From Callorhinchus milii (lineage: Eukaryota), in NCBI RefSeq assembly GCF_018977255.1, contig NW_024704742.1:119724001-119788000 (forward strand): a stretch of DNA of 64,000 nt, given 5' to 3'. The notes below the pieces were generated by a model. The model was not told the DNA's origin and made no database searches. It saw only the letters and a list, made by a program, of their open reading frames with translations. The translations under genes were made by a program, and so were the position numbers. This document shows positions 37,572 through 50,401 of this stretch, piece after piece. Position 1 is the first letter of the stretch. Each line of letters begins with the position of its first letter.

Positions 37572-39312
37572 AGAACATAAGAACATAAGAATTAGGAGTA
37601 GGAGTAGGCCATTCGGCCCTTCATGCCAGCTGTGCCATTCAATAAGATCATTGCTGATCTTCTCACCTAACTCTGATTACCTGCCCTATCCCCATATCCC
37701 CTAATCCCTCTATTTTTCAAGAATCTATCAGTCTCAGCCTTGAAAATGTTCAAGGACTGAGCATCTACAGCCTTCTGGGGTAGTGAATTCCATAAGTTCA
37801 CTACCCTCTGAGTGAAGAAATGTTTCCTCAACTCTGTTCTAAAAGGCTGACCCTTAATTTTAAGACTGTGACCCCTGGTTATAGATTCTCCTACCAGGGG
37901 AAACAGTCCCTCTGTGTCTACTTTATCAGCCCTTTAAGAATCTTATAAGTTTCAATAAGATCCCCCTAATTCTTCTGTACTCTAGAGAATACAGCCCTAG
38001 TTTATTCAGCCTATCCTCATAGGTCAGTCCCCTCATCCCAGGAACTAACCGAGTGAATCTACGCTGCACCCCCTCTAGGGCAAGTATGTCCTTTTTTAAA
38101 TAAGGAGACCAAAACTGCACACAATACTCTAGGTGCGGTCTCACCAAAGCCCTATACAGTTGCAGCAAGACTTCCCTACTCTTATATTCTAAACCTTTCG
38201 AAATGAACGCTAACATGCCGTTCGCCTTCTTAGTTGCTTGCTGCACCTGCAAACTAACTTTTTGGGACTGGTGTACAAGGACACCCAAATCCCTTTGAAT
38301 ACTAACACTATCTAACTTCTCCCCTTCCAGAAAATAATCTGTTCTTTTATTCTTGCTACCTAGGTGAATAATTTCACACTTGCTAACATTGAATTCCATC
38401 TGCCACCTACTTGCCCACTCCCCTAGCCTATCTATATCTTGTTGCAATCTTTTTGCATCATCCTGAGAGCTCACTCTGCTACCTAGTTTAGTATCATCCG
38501 CGAATTTAGACACATTACATTCAATGTCCTCGTCCAGATCATTGATGTAAATGGTAAATAGCTGAGGCCCAAGCACTGATCCTTGTGGCACTCCACTAGT
38601 TACATCCTGCCAATTCGAGAATGATCCGTTTATCACTACTCTCTGCTTTCTACCCGATAGCCACTCTTCTATCCATGTTAATATTTTCCCATTAATCCCG
38701 TGGGCCTTGATCTTGAGTAACAGCCTTTTGTGTGGCACCTTGTCAAATGCCTTCCTAAAATCCAAATATACCACATCTACTGGTTCCCCCTTATCCAACC
38801 TGCTGGATACATCCTCAAAAAATTCTAAAAGGTTAGTCAAGCATGACTTCCCTTTTGTAAAGCCATGTTGACTCTGCCTAATCTTTTTATGGTCTTCCAG
38901 GTATCCCATAACTACGTCTTTTATTAAGGACTCAAGAATTTTCCCTACAACTGACGTCAAACTAACTGGTCTATAGTTTTCCCTATTTTCTCTCCCACCC
39001 TTCTTAAATAGTGGAGTTACGTTTGCAATCTTCCAATCAATGGGAACTTTTCCAGTATCCACAGACTTTTGGAAGATTATAGACATGCCATCCACTATCT
39101 CAGTAGCCACCTCCTTTAAAACTCTCGGATGCAGGCCATCCGGTCCAGGGGATTTATCGGTTTTAAGACCCGACAATTTACCTAGAACCATCTCTTTACT
39201 AATGTTAATCTCCCTAAGTTGCTCGCTAACATTGTCTTCTTGGTCCTTTATTTTTGGTATGTTTCCAGTGTCTTCTACGGTGAAGACTGTAGAAAAATAC
39301 TTGTTTAATCCT
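37572..39312 (-). mobile_element. Young 5'-truncated CR1 LINE with an uninterrupted RT domain (ORF 37926..39368)
   Basis: [61 protein letters not shown]; tail agaacataagaacataagaattagg. Confidence 0.97.
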
Positions 39313-39789
39313 CTGACGGTATTGCTAATACTGGACGATTTGTTTTCACAGCTCTGCTGTATAAACATGGGTGGAAAAGATCATTGACGTTCATCTTGTC
39401 AGTTCCAAAGTAAAAGTAAATTTAAAAATCTATTCAGTACTCCTCTCACAACCCTTAATCGATTTCTTCACTGAGTAGCTAATTCTCTTGTATTTGCAAA
39501 CACAAGTCTGTCTCTCCTCTCTAGGTAGTGTATTCTAAATATTCCCTTTCTCTGTACAAATTAAACAGAAACGATTTACGTTCCCTCTTTTCAGTTGAGA
39601 TCATGACCCTGCTGTAAACTTTGTGAAAAGGATATTTTATTGGGATCTAAAATGCAATATTTCTTGAGCAGAATCCTTTATAAGATCATCAACAGGATTT
39701 GAGGGGGCAGATCGGTCACTCTGGACTGTGATTTCCAGTTGGTTCCTGATAATCCTGCAAGCCAAAGCCCTAACAGAGATGACTACTAT

Positions 39790-41630
39790 CCCTTTCTCAT
39801 ACTACCGTCCCATTTCCAACCTGCCCTTACTTGCCAAACAACAACAAAATTACATTTATAGAGCGCCTTTCACAATGGGAGGACGTCCCAAAGCGCTGAA
39901 CAGTCAGTGTTGGGGCCCGAGCATTGGGGAGGGGTGGTGTAGGGGTGAGGGAAGGCAGAGAGGTGGGAGGGAGACCAAAGGCAAGGTCGAAGAGAAGGGT
40001 CTTGAGACTGAAGGAGGCAAAGAAGGAAGCGAGGCAAAGGGTCCGTGGGGTGGAGTTCCAGAGTGTGGGGGCAGAGAGGCTGAAAGCCTGGGCACCGATG
40101 ATAAGGTGGGTCGGGCGGGAGACATGGAGCAGGCCAGAGCCTGATGAACGGAGGGACTGGGCAGGTTGGTAAGGAGTCAGCAGGTCAGAGAGGTAGGAGG
40201 GGGCAAGACCATGGGTGGCCTTAAAGGTGAGGACGAGGATCAAAGTCCTAAAACACATTGGTGCAGGTCAACTTTGGTCAGACCTCTCACTCCACTCCCA
40301 CCTCGAGACCCTGCAGAATGGTTTTTGCCCTGCCCACAGCATAGAGACAGCACTTGTCAAAGTCATAAATGATGTCCTCTCTATCTGTGACCAGGGCTCA
40401 CTCTACCTTCTCGTCCTCCTGGATCTCTCGGCAGAATTCGACTCAGTGGACCACATCATCCTCCTCCACCACCTCTTCTCCCTCATTCAGCTTAGTGGGA
40501 CCACATTCACATGGTTTGAGTCCTACTTAACCAACCACCTCCATTTCATTTCGGCAAATGGTTTCTCTTCCCGCCCCCGCCCTGTTACTTGTGGGGTACC
40601 CCAGGGCTCCATCCTTGGCTCTCTTCATTTCCTCATCTATATGCTTCCTCTTGGATGTCATCTGCAAACACTGGGTAAACGTCCACATATATGCGGATGA
40701 CACACAAATCTTCAGTATCGACTCCAAGTCCGCTGATGTTCTATCAGCTTGTCTGGCAGACATCAGGGCCTGCACAAGTGCAAACTTCCTGCAGCTGAAT
40801 ATGGACAAGAAGGAAGCCATACTCCTTGGCTCTCGTCAACAACTTCACTCCTGCGGATCTGAGCTCCTCAAACTCTTTGGGCTCTGCCTCAGACTCACTG
40901 AACCAGTGCGCAACCTAGGTGTCCGGTTCAACCCCCAGCTGTGTTTCCTTCCCCACATCCAGTCCCTGACCAGGACCGCCTTCCTCCACCTTCGCTACGT
41001 TGCCTGCCTTTGACCGTACCTTACCCCAAATGCAAACGAAACCCTTGTGCATTAGTTTTGCCACTTCTCGCCTGGATTACTGAAATACATTCCTCGCCAG
41101 TCTCTCCAGCTCCACTATTCAAAAAATCCAGCTCATTCAGAACTCTGCTGCCTGCATAATTACCCGACCAAACTCCGTACCCCCACCTTACCAGTTCTGG
41201 CCAGGTTCCACTGGCTCCCCATCACCGAACAGATCAACTTCAAGATCCTCACATTTGTGTTCAAATACCTTCACTCTCTGGAACCTCCCTACCTCTCTGA
41301 CCTCCTCATTCCCCAATCCACTACCCGGCGCCTCCACTCGACTGGCACCAGGCTCACACCTTCCGCTCCACCATTGGAGGTTGCGCATTCAGCTACTATG
41401 CCCCGAAAATCTGGAACACTCTCCCTCAATCCCTCCGCCTTACCACCTCTCTCCCCTGTTTCAAGTCCCACCTGAAAACCTACCTTTTTGACCGTGCTTA
41501 TTGCCGCCACCTCCTCCTCCATCGACCCCCCCACCCAGCTCAGAGTCAGACTCCGCCACTGTTAAGCGCTCTGAGACGCTACCCTGAGTGGAGGGTGCTA
41601 GATAAGTGCAAGTTGGTGTCGTTGTGGTTG
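39790..41630 (+). mobile_element. Older L2 LINE (RT to 3' end), frameshifted
   Basis: YRPISNLP, LQNGF...[43 protein letters not shown]; tail ~41560-41630. Confidence 0.92.
39839..40240 (-). mobile_element. Young L2 3' fragment nested in the older L2, TSD caaa
   Basis: caaa at 39835-39838 and 40241-40244; removal restores ...NLPLLAKVLKH. Confidence 0.9.
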
Positions 41631-41869
41631 ACTAATCAAGTTCAATATAGATCAATGCAAGGTATTGCATACCACAAGTATGAATAGGAGGAACATGTAC
41701 TTCAATGGTGGGGTAAAACTTGCCAACTGAAATTGAAAGGGTTTTGGTTTACTCTTGTTGCTCACAATGTCAAAACAGTGTGAGGCAACAATAAACAAGT
41801 CAAACCAGACGCTGGGTTATATTGCTGAATCAATTGAGTTCACATCCCAGAAGTTGGGGGATGGCAGCT

Positions 41870-42180
41870 CGGTCCCTGTCCTGCCCACTCTACCATCGGT
41901 GGGCGTACCTTCAGCCTTTCTGCCCCCACCCTCCGGAACTCCATCCTGAAATCCCTGCACCTCGCCTCCTCCCTTGTCTTCCTCAAAGGCCATCTCAAGA
42001 TCTTTCTTTTTACTTTTTTTATCCTCACACTATCCCTACCCTTGCCCTCCACCCCTCTTGACTCCAACCCCCAGCTTGGGTGCAAACCCTTCACTGCCCA
42101 GTGCCTTGGGATGTCCTCCTGATGTGAGAGGCGATATATTAATGCAATTTGTGGTTGTTATTTGTTGTTGTTGTCGTTGT
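41870..42180 (+). mobile_element. L2 3' fragment
   Basis: accatcggtgggcgtaccttcagcc...gggatgtcctcctgatgtg...(ttg)n. Confidence 0.85.
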
Positions 42181-42264
42181 TCAAGTGTTTGGTGTATGGT
42201 GTTCTCGCCAGGTTTTACAGAAAGTACTGCATACAGCACTGGTCACAAGACATAAAGGAGTTGC

Positions 42265-42700
42265 CTAGGACCTGGTAGCAGTCAGATTCTGAAGTTCACT
42301 GGTTTGAACTCTGGACAATCCTGAGTTTGCTAGTCTCAGCCAGGATTGCATTGAAAGGCTAAATTGGCTCTGGAGAGGAAATCCAGCCAGTGTTCCTAAG
42401 CCTGGTCCCTCTACCACACCCTTTACTTTGTGTGTGTGGCACTCTGGGTGGGGAGAAGCCAGGCCTATGCGATTGGGTGTGATGCCCAACATTCACTGCC
42501 AAGGCTCCCACATGAACAATGGTTACTTTCGCCCACACAAATATACAGTCTATTCACTTTACAGTATATTCTGTGACGCGCTTTGAGATGTCTCAAAGAT
42601 GTGATAACGTGCTACATCAAATGCAAGAATTATTATTATTTGAGTGGGCTATTGGAGGACAACAAGTGGAATCACATCTCAGTAAGAGGAGGTAGGAGCA
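42265..42700 (+). mobile_element. Ancient tRNA-derived SINE (resembles AmnSINE2-type elements), interrupted by a Deu-SINE tail at 42529-42640
   Basis: Motifs ctgagtttgctagtctcagccagg, aaatccagccagtgttcct, gtgatgccc and ggctcccacatgaacaatgg recalled from an old vertebrate SINE; family name uncertain. Confidence 0.45.
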
Positions 42701-43069
42701 CAGATGCATAGACCAATGGAGAGAAAATGAAAAATAAAAAAATTAGATACACCGGATTTAAAAAAAGTAATGGGAACCAGTCTTACTAATTGGTTGAATT
42801 AATGTTTTTATTTCTTTGAATACCAGAATGTAACAACACAGAAAAGGCTACTCAATGCATCAAGTCTCCACATGAGCCATCTAATCCAGTTCATCCCCAT
42901 TCCTTTTAATATTTCCTTTACTAAAGCATCCATCTAATTTGTCTTTAAAAGACTGTTCAGCGCTTCAAGACTCTATTTCCCACAAAGGATGTTTTGTAAA
43001 TGCAAGTTGTCATTCAGAAATTATAATTAATCATCTACTGTTGAATTATACCCATGTTGGAATATGTGG

Positions 43070-43515
43070 ATTGACAGGAGTAGTGGCTGCCCATACCCTA
43101 GCGGCAGTGTAGAGAAGAGCCTGATCCCAGGTGTTAGAGGAATGAGGTGTGAGAAATAATTAGACAATTAGGGCTCTTCAGTCTTGAGTCTTGACCCTCT
43201 CAGAGGGTCCCTTAAAGAGCTCTATAAACTTGTAAATGGGATGGAAAAGGTAAAACCAGAGCAGTAGAGTGAGAGGACATAGGTTTAGATTTGCAAAGAA
43301 TAATTTCTGGACAGATACCAGGATGTTTTTCTTTATCCAAATGGTGATTAATGACTGAGACAGCTTGACAGGAAGAATGGTGAGGCCAGGATATTGGGCT
43401 CATTTAAAAAAAACAGCTTAATGCTGTGATGGAAAAACAATAGAGTGAGTATTCTGGAAGGAAAAGATCAAATGGGAAGAATGGTCTTCCTCATCCAAAC
43501 TAATGATATCATCTT
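43070..43515 (+). mobile_element. Old CR1 3' fragment
   Basis: Degenerate VQRRA...LGLFSLE coding end and tail gaatggtcttcctcatcc. Confidence 0.65.
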
Positions 43516-43799
43516 GTGAATAGCATGGACAGGCCCTTATCTGTCCAACATACAATTTGGCATTAACTGGACTTGAATATTGCCAACATTATAGAATATA
43601 GCTCTTATAGTTCACTAACTAATAGTATTCTGCTCCCCGTCCCATACCTTAGTTCTTGAGTGAATTCTCTCATTCGTTGCTTAACACTGCAAGACACTAC
43701 CCTGCGTGAAGGGTGCTGTAGGAACATAGGAATTTCCAGAAGAAAAAAGACCAAGGTTCATCTAGCCTGCCTTCCACCATTCTGGTCGTCACATGCTGA

Positions 43800-44040
43800 C
43801 CTTTGACCGTGCCTTCAGCTCCCCTCTCGACTCTCTTCCTCCTCCTCGCTCCCTCCCTTCCCTTCCCTCACCCTGACCATTTCCCCCTCCTCTCTCCCTC
43901 CTTCCCTCCCCTCACCCTGACCATTTCCCCCCTGCTCGGGTCATGACCCAACTGTGCAGCGCCTTGGGACGTCCTCCTGACGTGAAAGGCGCTCTATAAA
44001 TGGAATCTTGTTGTTGTTGTTGTTATTGTTGTTGATGTTG
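43800..44040 (+). mobile_element. L2 3' end with an internal ~50-bp tandem duplication
   Basis: ccctcaccctgaccatttcccccc occurs twice; tail gggacgtcctcctgacgtgaaagg...(ttg)n. Confidence 0.88.
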
Positions 44041-45479
44041 ATAGCAATTTATTCTGGTAGACTATGGATTAGTCTACCATCACAATGGAAAGCTTTGGGT
44101 AACTATATAAACAACTTGTTGTTGTTGGTCTTTCTCCCAGCATTACAGAATCTGAACCTTAAATACGTAACTAAAATGCTGTACACTGTCCAGCTCCTTG
44201 AAAGGCATGAAAGGCGCTATACAAATGTAATCTGGTTGTTGTTGTTGTAAGTGTTCTAACAAATGCAATGTTGTGGATGGGTTGTAGAATTCTAAAAAGT
44301 ATATTGGAGTGAATTATTCTCAGTGGTTGATGAATCAATAATAAGGAGGCACTGTATAAGTTCATTATTGTCATGCAAGAGATGTTTTCACTCATTAGGC
44401 TATTATTCTGGAACTCCATCCCAGAGTCCCTCCAACTCGTTCCTTCCCTCTCCTCATTCAAGGCCCTTCTCAAAATGTACTTCTTTGACCATGATTTCAG
44501 TAATCTTTCTCCTTCCCACCCCTCTTGGCTCCCAGCCCTAGTTCGATTGCCCACTAGTATTGTACTAGGATGTACGGTCGGTTCACTTTGCAGTATGTTC
44601 TGTGAAGCGCTTTGAGACGTCTGGAAGACGTGAAAAGCACTACATCAAATGCAAGGATTATTATTATTATTATTATTATTATTGTCAAGCACTTTGAGAC
44701 GTCCTCCCAATATAAAAGGTGCTATATACCAACAGCAACAAATTACCTTTGTATGTAATTGTAAGTCATCCCAGGGTGTTGACATTACCTCGCAGTAAGT
44801 AAATTCTATTGTATTACAAGGTGGAATTCTTTGCCACAAGTGGATGTCAAGACTTAAAACCAATGCAACATTTAAAAAGATCGCATAATTGTATATATCT
44901 CCAGTAAAGGAGCCAGCACCTCATAGTGCATAAACTCATAGAGCTGAATAGCCTTCTGTGCTGTAACTTCTACGATTCCATTTGAGTCAAGCCTTTCTCT
45001 GCTGTATAAAGGGTGAAAGTTTGTATCATTTGGTAGCACGCTTGTTGTTTTGTTTTAATAAATTCCTTTTCTCTCACAATGTCCCCCCCCAAAAAATGAT
45101 AATAACAATAATCCTTGCATTTGATATAGCGCTTTTCACGTCTTCTAGATGTCTCAAAGCGCTTCATAGAATGTACTGTAAAGTGAACTGACTGCATATT
45201 TATGGGCAAAATGTGGCAGCCAATGGCTGGTATTTAAATAAGGCTAGTTTAATTACCTAACTTTCTACATGATCCACTACTATAAATAGTTATTGCTAGC
45301 ATATGACCTTACACTCTAACCACTATAACAGTAACTAACACCTGCCCATCTGTGGTTACTGAATTAAGCCTAATAAATGTTGTTATTGCAGCTCTCAAAG
45401 CTAGACTTCTCAGCTCCTCTCTAGGTATCTTGCAGACCATCTAGACCTCTGTGTGCTCTCCTTCACCAGGCCCCACAAA

Positions 45480-45910
45480 CCCATACTCACTGACTCCACT
45501 AGTTTCCCCAGTGGATCGCATTCAAGATTTACATCCTCACGATCAAATACCTCTTCAGTTTTTCCATTTCCATACCTCAGGGATCTCTTCCTCCCCCAGC
45601 CTGACCCTCTGCTCAGGTAACACCCTTTAAGTCCCCCACTCGATTGATTGACGAGCTTTCAGCCATTGTCCCTCTGCTCTCTGAAACTCCATTTTGGAGT
45701 CCTTCCACTTCACGCCCTCCCTCCCTCCCCACTTTTAAAGGTCACCTTAAGGCTTTTCTTTGACTGCGGCTTCAGTAATTTTCCTCTCCCACCCTCTTCA
45801 GCTTCCCCTCCACCCCGCACCCGTCCAGCTTAGGTTCCCAGTCATTTGAGACATCCTCAAGGCGTGAAATGCTCTATATATTTGTAAATTGTTATTGTTG
45901 CTGTTGTTCT
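45480..45910 (+). mobile_element. Old L2 3' fragment
   Basis: Degenerate LHW.P...FKI coding end and tail. Confidence 0.7.
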
Positions 45911-47791
45911 CAGTTGTACATGTAGGTAGACATATACTCAATGAAGTAAAGATTGTATTTGTTTCTTTGAGGTTTGCAGGAACACATTCATTCCGCTGTG
46001 GTTGGAAGCTGTGGAAGGACACAGCAATGAAAAAGGCAGGCAAATAGGAAACTATCAGCTTTGTAGACATGTATCTCCAACTACATTTCTATCATTCTCC
46101 GCCAGCCAGTTGGATAAATGTTATTCCCACAGTCCCAGCTTCTCAGAAAAAGGTGACATTCCATTGAGTATTTGATCATCTGTCATTTTTTTATCCATAA
46201 ACTTCAATCCCATTTTCAGACAGATTAAATCTTGACTTTTTTTAAAAAAACAGGTTCACAATCCTTCTGCCTTTTGGGGTTTTTAAACAGGAGGTGTCAG
46301 AGAAGTTACCAATTTAGACAGCAAATTGTTCACAGCACTGTCACGTTTTTGATCTTTCAATGTTGACTCTTCATTGTGAAGCCGAAATGAGCAAACTTTG
46401 GATTGCTTATCCATTGGTAGAAAATGTGAGCTGGTTTTAGAACATGTGAGACTGGTTAACTTTCCCCGAGTGATGATGTGTCGCTACAGTACCAATTCTG
46501 TTTAAATTTCTGCCAAGTGCAGATTACAGAACTTCAGCAGATCTCCACCACTGACTTAAAAATATTCATATACTAAATTAAATTATATATATCTTCCATA
46601 AAGTAGTTTTTGTATGCAAAATGATGTGTCAGATCTCACAGCGAGATTGGAAAACAGAACAAGTGTGAACTCACAGACCATATTCCGAACAGTACTCAGC
46701 TTTTTCTAGAAGTAGTGAAAGGAGCAGTGGGAGCAAACCAAGTAGGTCAGGTGTGGACTGCTGCTGGATTAAGGCAAAAGGCTGGCGAATACTAGAGGAG
46801 TTAGGAGGGGGCAGAAGGTAGTTCTCAGAATTTTAGTATTACACGCCCAGCACCCCCCACTACCATTGGTTCTGATAGTCAGGTAATTGCACGGAAAAAG
46901 TATGTATTACTGTATGTAGAAATTGTTTTTGGCCATAGAGATTGAAAGTGTTATTTTTAAGCCCTGAGGGTGTCATTTCAAACTCTGCAGATCTCGAGTT
47001 TTTTTTTATCATCGCAGTCATTTATAGGCCGTGAACAAAAATGCTGCATTTCCACTTTTACAAAGGAGTATGGTGAAAACAGCAGTTTAAATCTCTAATA
47101 TGTGCTAATCAGCATTCGATCATCACACTGCCACATCCTTCACAAAGCTGCTGTATTATTTGCACTATAAACTCTGATAAAAATCTGTTCTACAAGACAA
47201 CATACAGCTTGGCACGTAGGGCATGAAAAAAAGAATGAGGACAAACAGCTAAGTGTGAACAATATCTTAAAAAATAAATAAACTGATAACTCTGTACAGT
47301 TACTCTTCTAAAAACAGTGCGCAATGCTTCCAAGAACCCAAGACAGTCACGTCAGAAATAAAGATGCAGGTGGAAATTATGAATGGGAAAGTAAAGCACT
47401 TTTGGTGATACACAGATAAACAGCATATCATCTTCAAACACAGTGTCCATTAAGAGCAATTTGTGTGAGCCTGGTGGACTGTATAGAATGTTGCTTCTTT
47501 TAGCAGGAGCCTGGCCTCAGCTTGAGAAATAGTATATGAAGTGGAAAGACCTGAAAAAGAAAACTCCTCTGGAGATTTAAAAAATATTCCTATCTTTTAC
47601 TGTTATTTTTAGTCAGTAGTGCGGCTGCACATCTGTTTCTATATTACTGTAAATTTACCCAGTTCTCTTGAATGATTCATAGACTTAGATTGAAAACTAT
47701 AGTATTTGAGTTAAGCCTCTTCCAAAATCTGTTGAGAATTTGGATGTAGCATTTCCTGCTGCTGTGAAGTGATTGGTGTGATTTAGTACTG

Positions 47792-47935
47792 TGGAGTCAT
47801 GTAGCTTAGTGGTTAGAGCACTGGCCTCGCAAGGGAGAGGACCTGGTTTTGATTCCCAGGCAGGGCAAAACATTGGGCATGTTTCCTTACTCCACACGCC
47901 TCTGGTTACCTAGCAGTAAGTACGAATCCAGTTAT
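47792..47935 (+). mobile_element. Deu-domain SINE 5' part abutting a CR1 fragment
   Basis: ggagtcatgtagcttagtggttagagc head. Confidence 0.8.
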
Positions 47936-48878
47936 GCATCCTAGGTTACTGAGGGAAGCAAGGATGGAAATAGTGGAGGCTCTGGCCACAATCTTTCTTT
48001 GGACTCTGGAGTGGTGCCAGAGGACTGGAAGGTTGCAAATGTTACTCCCCTGTACAAAAATGGGCAGAATGATAAACCTGAGAACTACAGGCCAAGCAAC
48101 CTAACATCAGTAGTAGGGGAACTTCTGGAGTCTATAATCTGGGACAATATAAATTCTCACTTAGAAAAATATGGTTTAATAAAGGACAGTCAACACCGAT
48201 TTGTCAAAGGCAGATCGTGTCTGACAAACCTAATAGAATTTTTTGATGAAGTGACTGAGAGGGTGGGTGAAGGTAGTGCAGTAGACATAGTTTATCTAGA
48301 TTTTCAAAAGGCATTTGACAAAGTGCCACATAAGAGACTTACAAACAAAATAGAACCTCATGGTATTAAAGGGATTGTGGCAACATGGATCCAGAATTGG
48401 CTAGGAGACAGAAAGCAGAGAGTGGTAGTAAACGGTTGCTTTTCTGACTGGAGGGAGGTGTGTAGTGGTGTACCTCAGGGGTCGGTATTGGGACCACTGC
48501 TCTTTCTGGTCTATATTAATGAACTGGACCTGGATATAGGGAGCACATTTTCCAAATTTGCAGACGATACTAAGCTAGGAAAAGTAGTTAATGGTGAGGA
48601 GGATAGCACCAGACTCTAAGAGAACTTAGACAGATTGGTAAAGTGGGAAGAAACGTGGCAGATGACGTTTAATGTGGGGAAATGCGAAGTGTTGCATTTT
48701 GGTAGGAAGAATGAGGAGCGACAGTATAAGCTAATGGTACAATCTTAAAGGGGGCAAATGAACAGAGAGACCTGGGGGTCCACATAAGCAAATCTCTGAA
48801 AGTGGCAGGACAAGTAGATAATAAAGCTGTTAAAAAAGCATACGAGATACTAGGTTTTATAAATATAGGTATAGAATT
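47935..48878 (+). mobile_element. CR1 RT fragment (same family as the 1396 element); an opposite-strand CR1 tail follows at 48879-49130
   Basis: ORF 47999 VPEDWKVANVTP...YLDFQKAFDKVPH...[10 protein letters not shown]...KFADDTKLG. Confidence 0.93.
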
Positions 48879-49154
48879 CATAAGAACATAAGAATTAGGA
48901 GCAAGAGTAGGCCATTCGGCCCCTCGAGCCTGTCCCGCCATTCAATAAGATCATGGCTGATCTATTCTAACTCCACCTACCCGCCTTATCCCCATATCCC
49001 TTAACCCACAAGAAATCTATCAATCTCAGTCTTGATTATGTTCAAGGACTGAGCATCTACGCTACCCTCTGAGTGAAGAAGTTTTTCCTCAACTCAGTGT
49101 GAAAGGGCTTACCCCTAATTTTAAGACTGTGATCGTATAGGTTTTATCTGTATT

Positions 49155-49265
49155 TCAGATCCGTTCTGACGAAGGATCGTGGACCCGAAATGTTGACTCA
49201 CTTTCCTTTCCCCATGGATGCTGCCTGACCTGCTGAGTGTTCCCAGAGACTTCTGTTTTTGTTTC
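49155..49265 (+). mobile_element. Penelope-like terminal repeat fragment with hammerhead motif (49163-49197)
   Basis: gtt-CTGACGA-a-ggatc-gtg-gaccc-GAAA-tg-TT-gac followed by ggatgctgcctgacctgctgag, as in the 25204 element. Confidence 0.75.
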
Positions 49266-49720
49266 ATAATTTCAGAGGTGTTGCTTTACTACGAGCTGGA
49301 TAGTGGGGGACAGTGACTGAAGGCACCGCTCAAAGAGGAAAGTCTTCAGAGGTGATATGAAGGCGGACAGAGAGGAGGCAAGATGGAGGGATTGAGACAA
49401 GGAGTTATAGAGATTTGGGGCACAGTGGCTGAAAACATGGCCTCCAATTGTGGAGTGGAGGGGACGAGGGACATGAGATTGACCCGTTTCAGTTGAGCAA
49501 AGGGCAGCAGGTAGAGGAGTGGGATGCAGGGTTAGGGCTCCTCTGAGGTCATGTTAAGAAAATTGTTAGCAAAGCACAGAATGAGACCAGATAACAACAA
49601 CAACAACTTGCATTTATATAGCGCCCTTCACACAAGGTAGCATACTTCATGCTGCAAAGGGCACAAATATCTTAGCATTGGCAATGTTCATTCCCTCTGA
49701 ATCATCAAACATCTTTTGAA

Positions 49721-49731
49721 GAAAACTGAAA
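49721..49731 (+). promoter_or_regulatory. Candidate IRF-binding element ~0.6 kb upstream of the receptor ATG
   Basis: GAAAACTGAAA fits the IRF-E core; motif match only. Confidence 0.3.
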
Positions 49732-50337
49732 TGTCTGCAATTGAAATATAGCCCACACTTTCCAATAAGATCTGGGCAGGCTTCCCAGTGGCACATTCAC
49801 TTTGATTGTGTGTTTTTTTAGAAAATCAGATGCCTTTCATGACTTCTGGTTTAACTGGCAGGTTTATGACATTTTCCAACCGATCTTAAATGAGGCTTAT
49901 GGCATCAAAGAATGTGTGAGCATTTGTAATTCAAAGACAAATGAAAGTAATAACATTGCCTCGTAAGCGATGAATCACACTAGAAGGGTTTTTTTTATAT
50001 CAGGTTGCTTAGTGGGAACAGAAAAAGCACGTTTTTTGGACTCCACCCCCTGAGCTAGACAGCAAACGCGTGGTTACTTTTAACCACCAGCAAAGTGCGA
50101 TTGAAAGCTTTTCAAATGGAGATTGCTGCTTTCAATGAGCTCTGTTTAGCGAGAATGGTTATTCTTTTGACTTCAGTGGGATGTCAGTGTTGTGTGAATC
50201 AGGTTGAGATGGTTGAGCAGACGGCTTTTCCTACAGACGTTGTACTCGGAAGCAGTTCTTCACAACAATAAATTGTACTTGGTTCAACACGTCGATGTTC
50301 GAATAGCCCTGCCGTGTATTCAGTTCACTGAAGTAAA

Positions 50338-50383
50338 ATGACAAATTTCATTTTCCTGCTTCTTTTGGGCTATATTGGAACAG
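50338..50383 (+). CDS. IL12RB1: Class I cytokine receptor (IL12RB1-like), coding exon 1: signal peptide MTNFIFLLLLGYIGT
   Basis: ATG with A at -3 (gtaaaATG), hydrophobic leader, donor CAG|gtaaga (phase 1). Splices in frame to the 50802 exon. Symbol is an inference from the downstream exons. Confidence 0.75.
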
Positions 50384-50401
50384 GTAAGATCCTTAGATTC
50401 C

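Noticed and set aside
1..50000. MAST3 exons on the minus strand (neighbour of IL12RB1 in mammals)
   Set aside because: I looked by eye for MAST N-terminal motifs and found none, so synteny is unconfirmed within this window.
50338..50383. Resemblance of the leader peptide to the PTPRQ N-terminus
   Set aside because: Downstream exons encode a cytokine-binding module, not PTPRQ; signal peptides look alike by composition.
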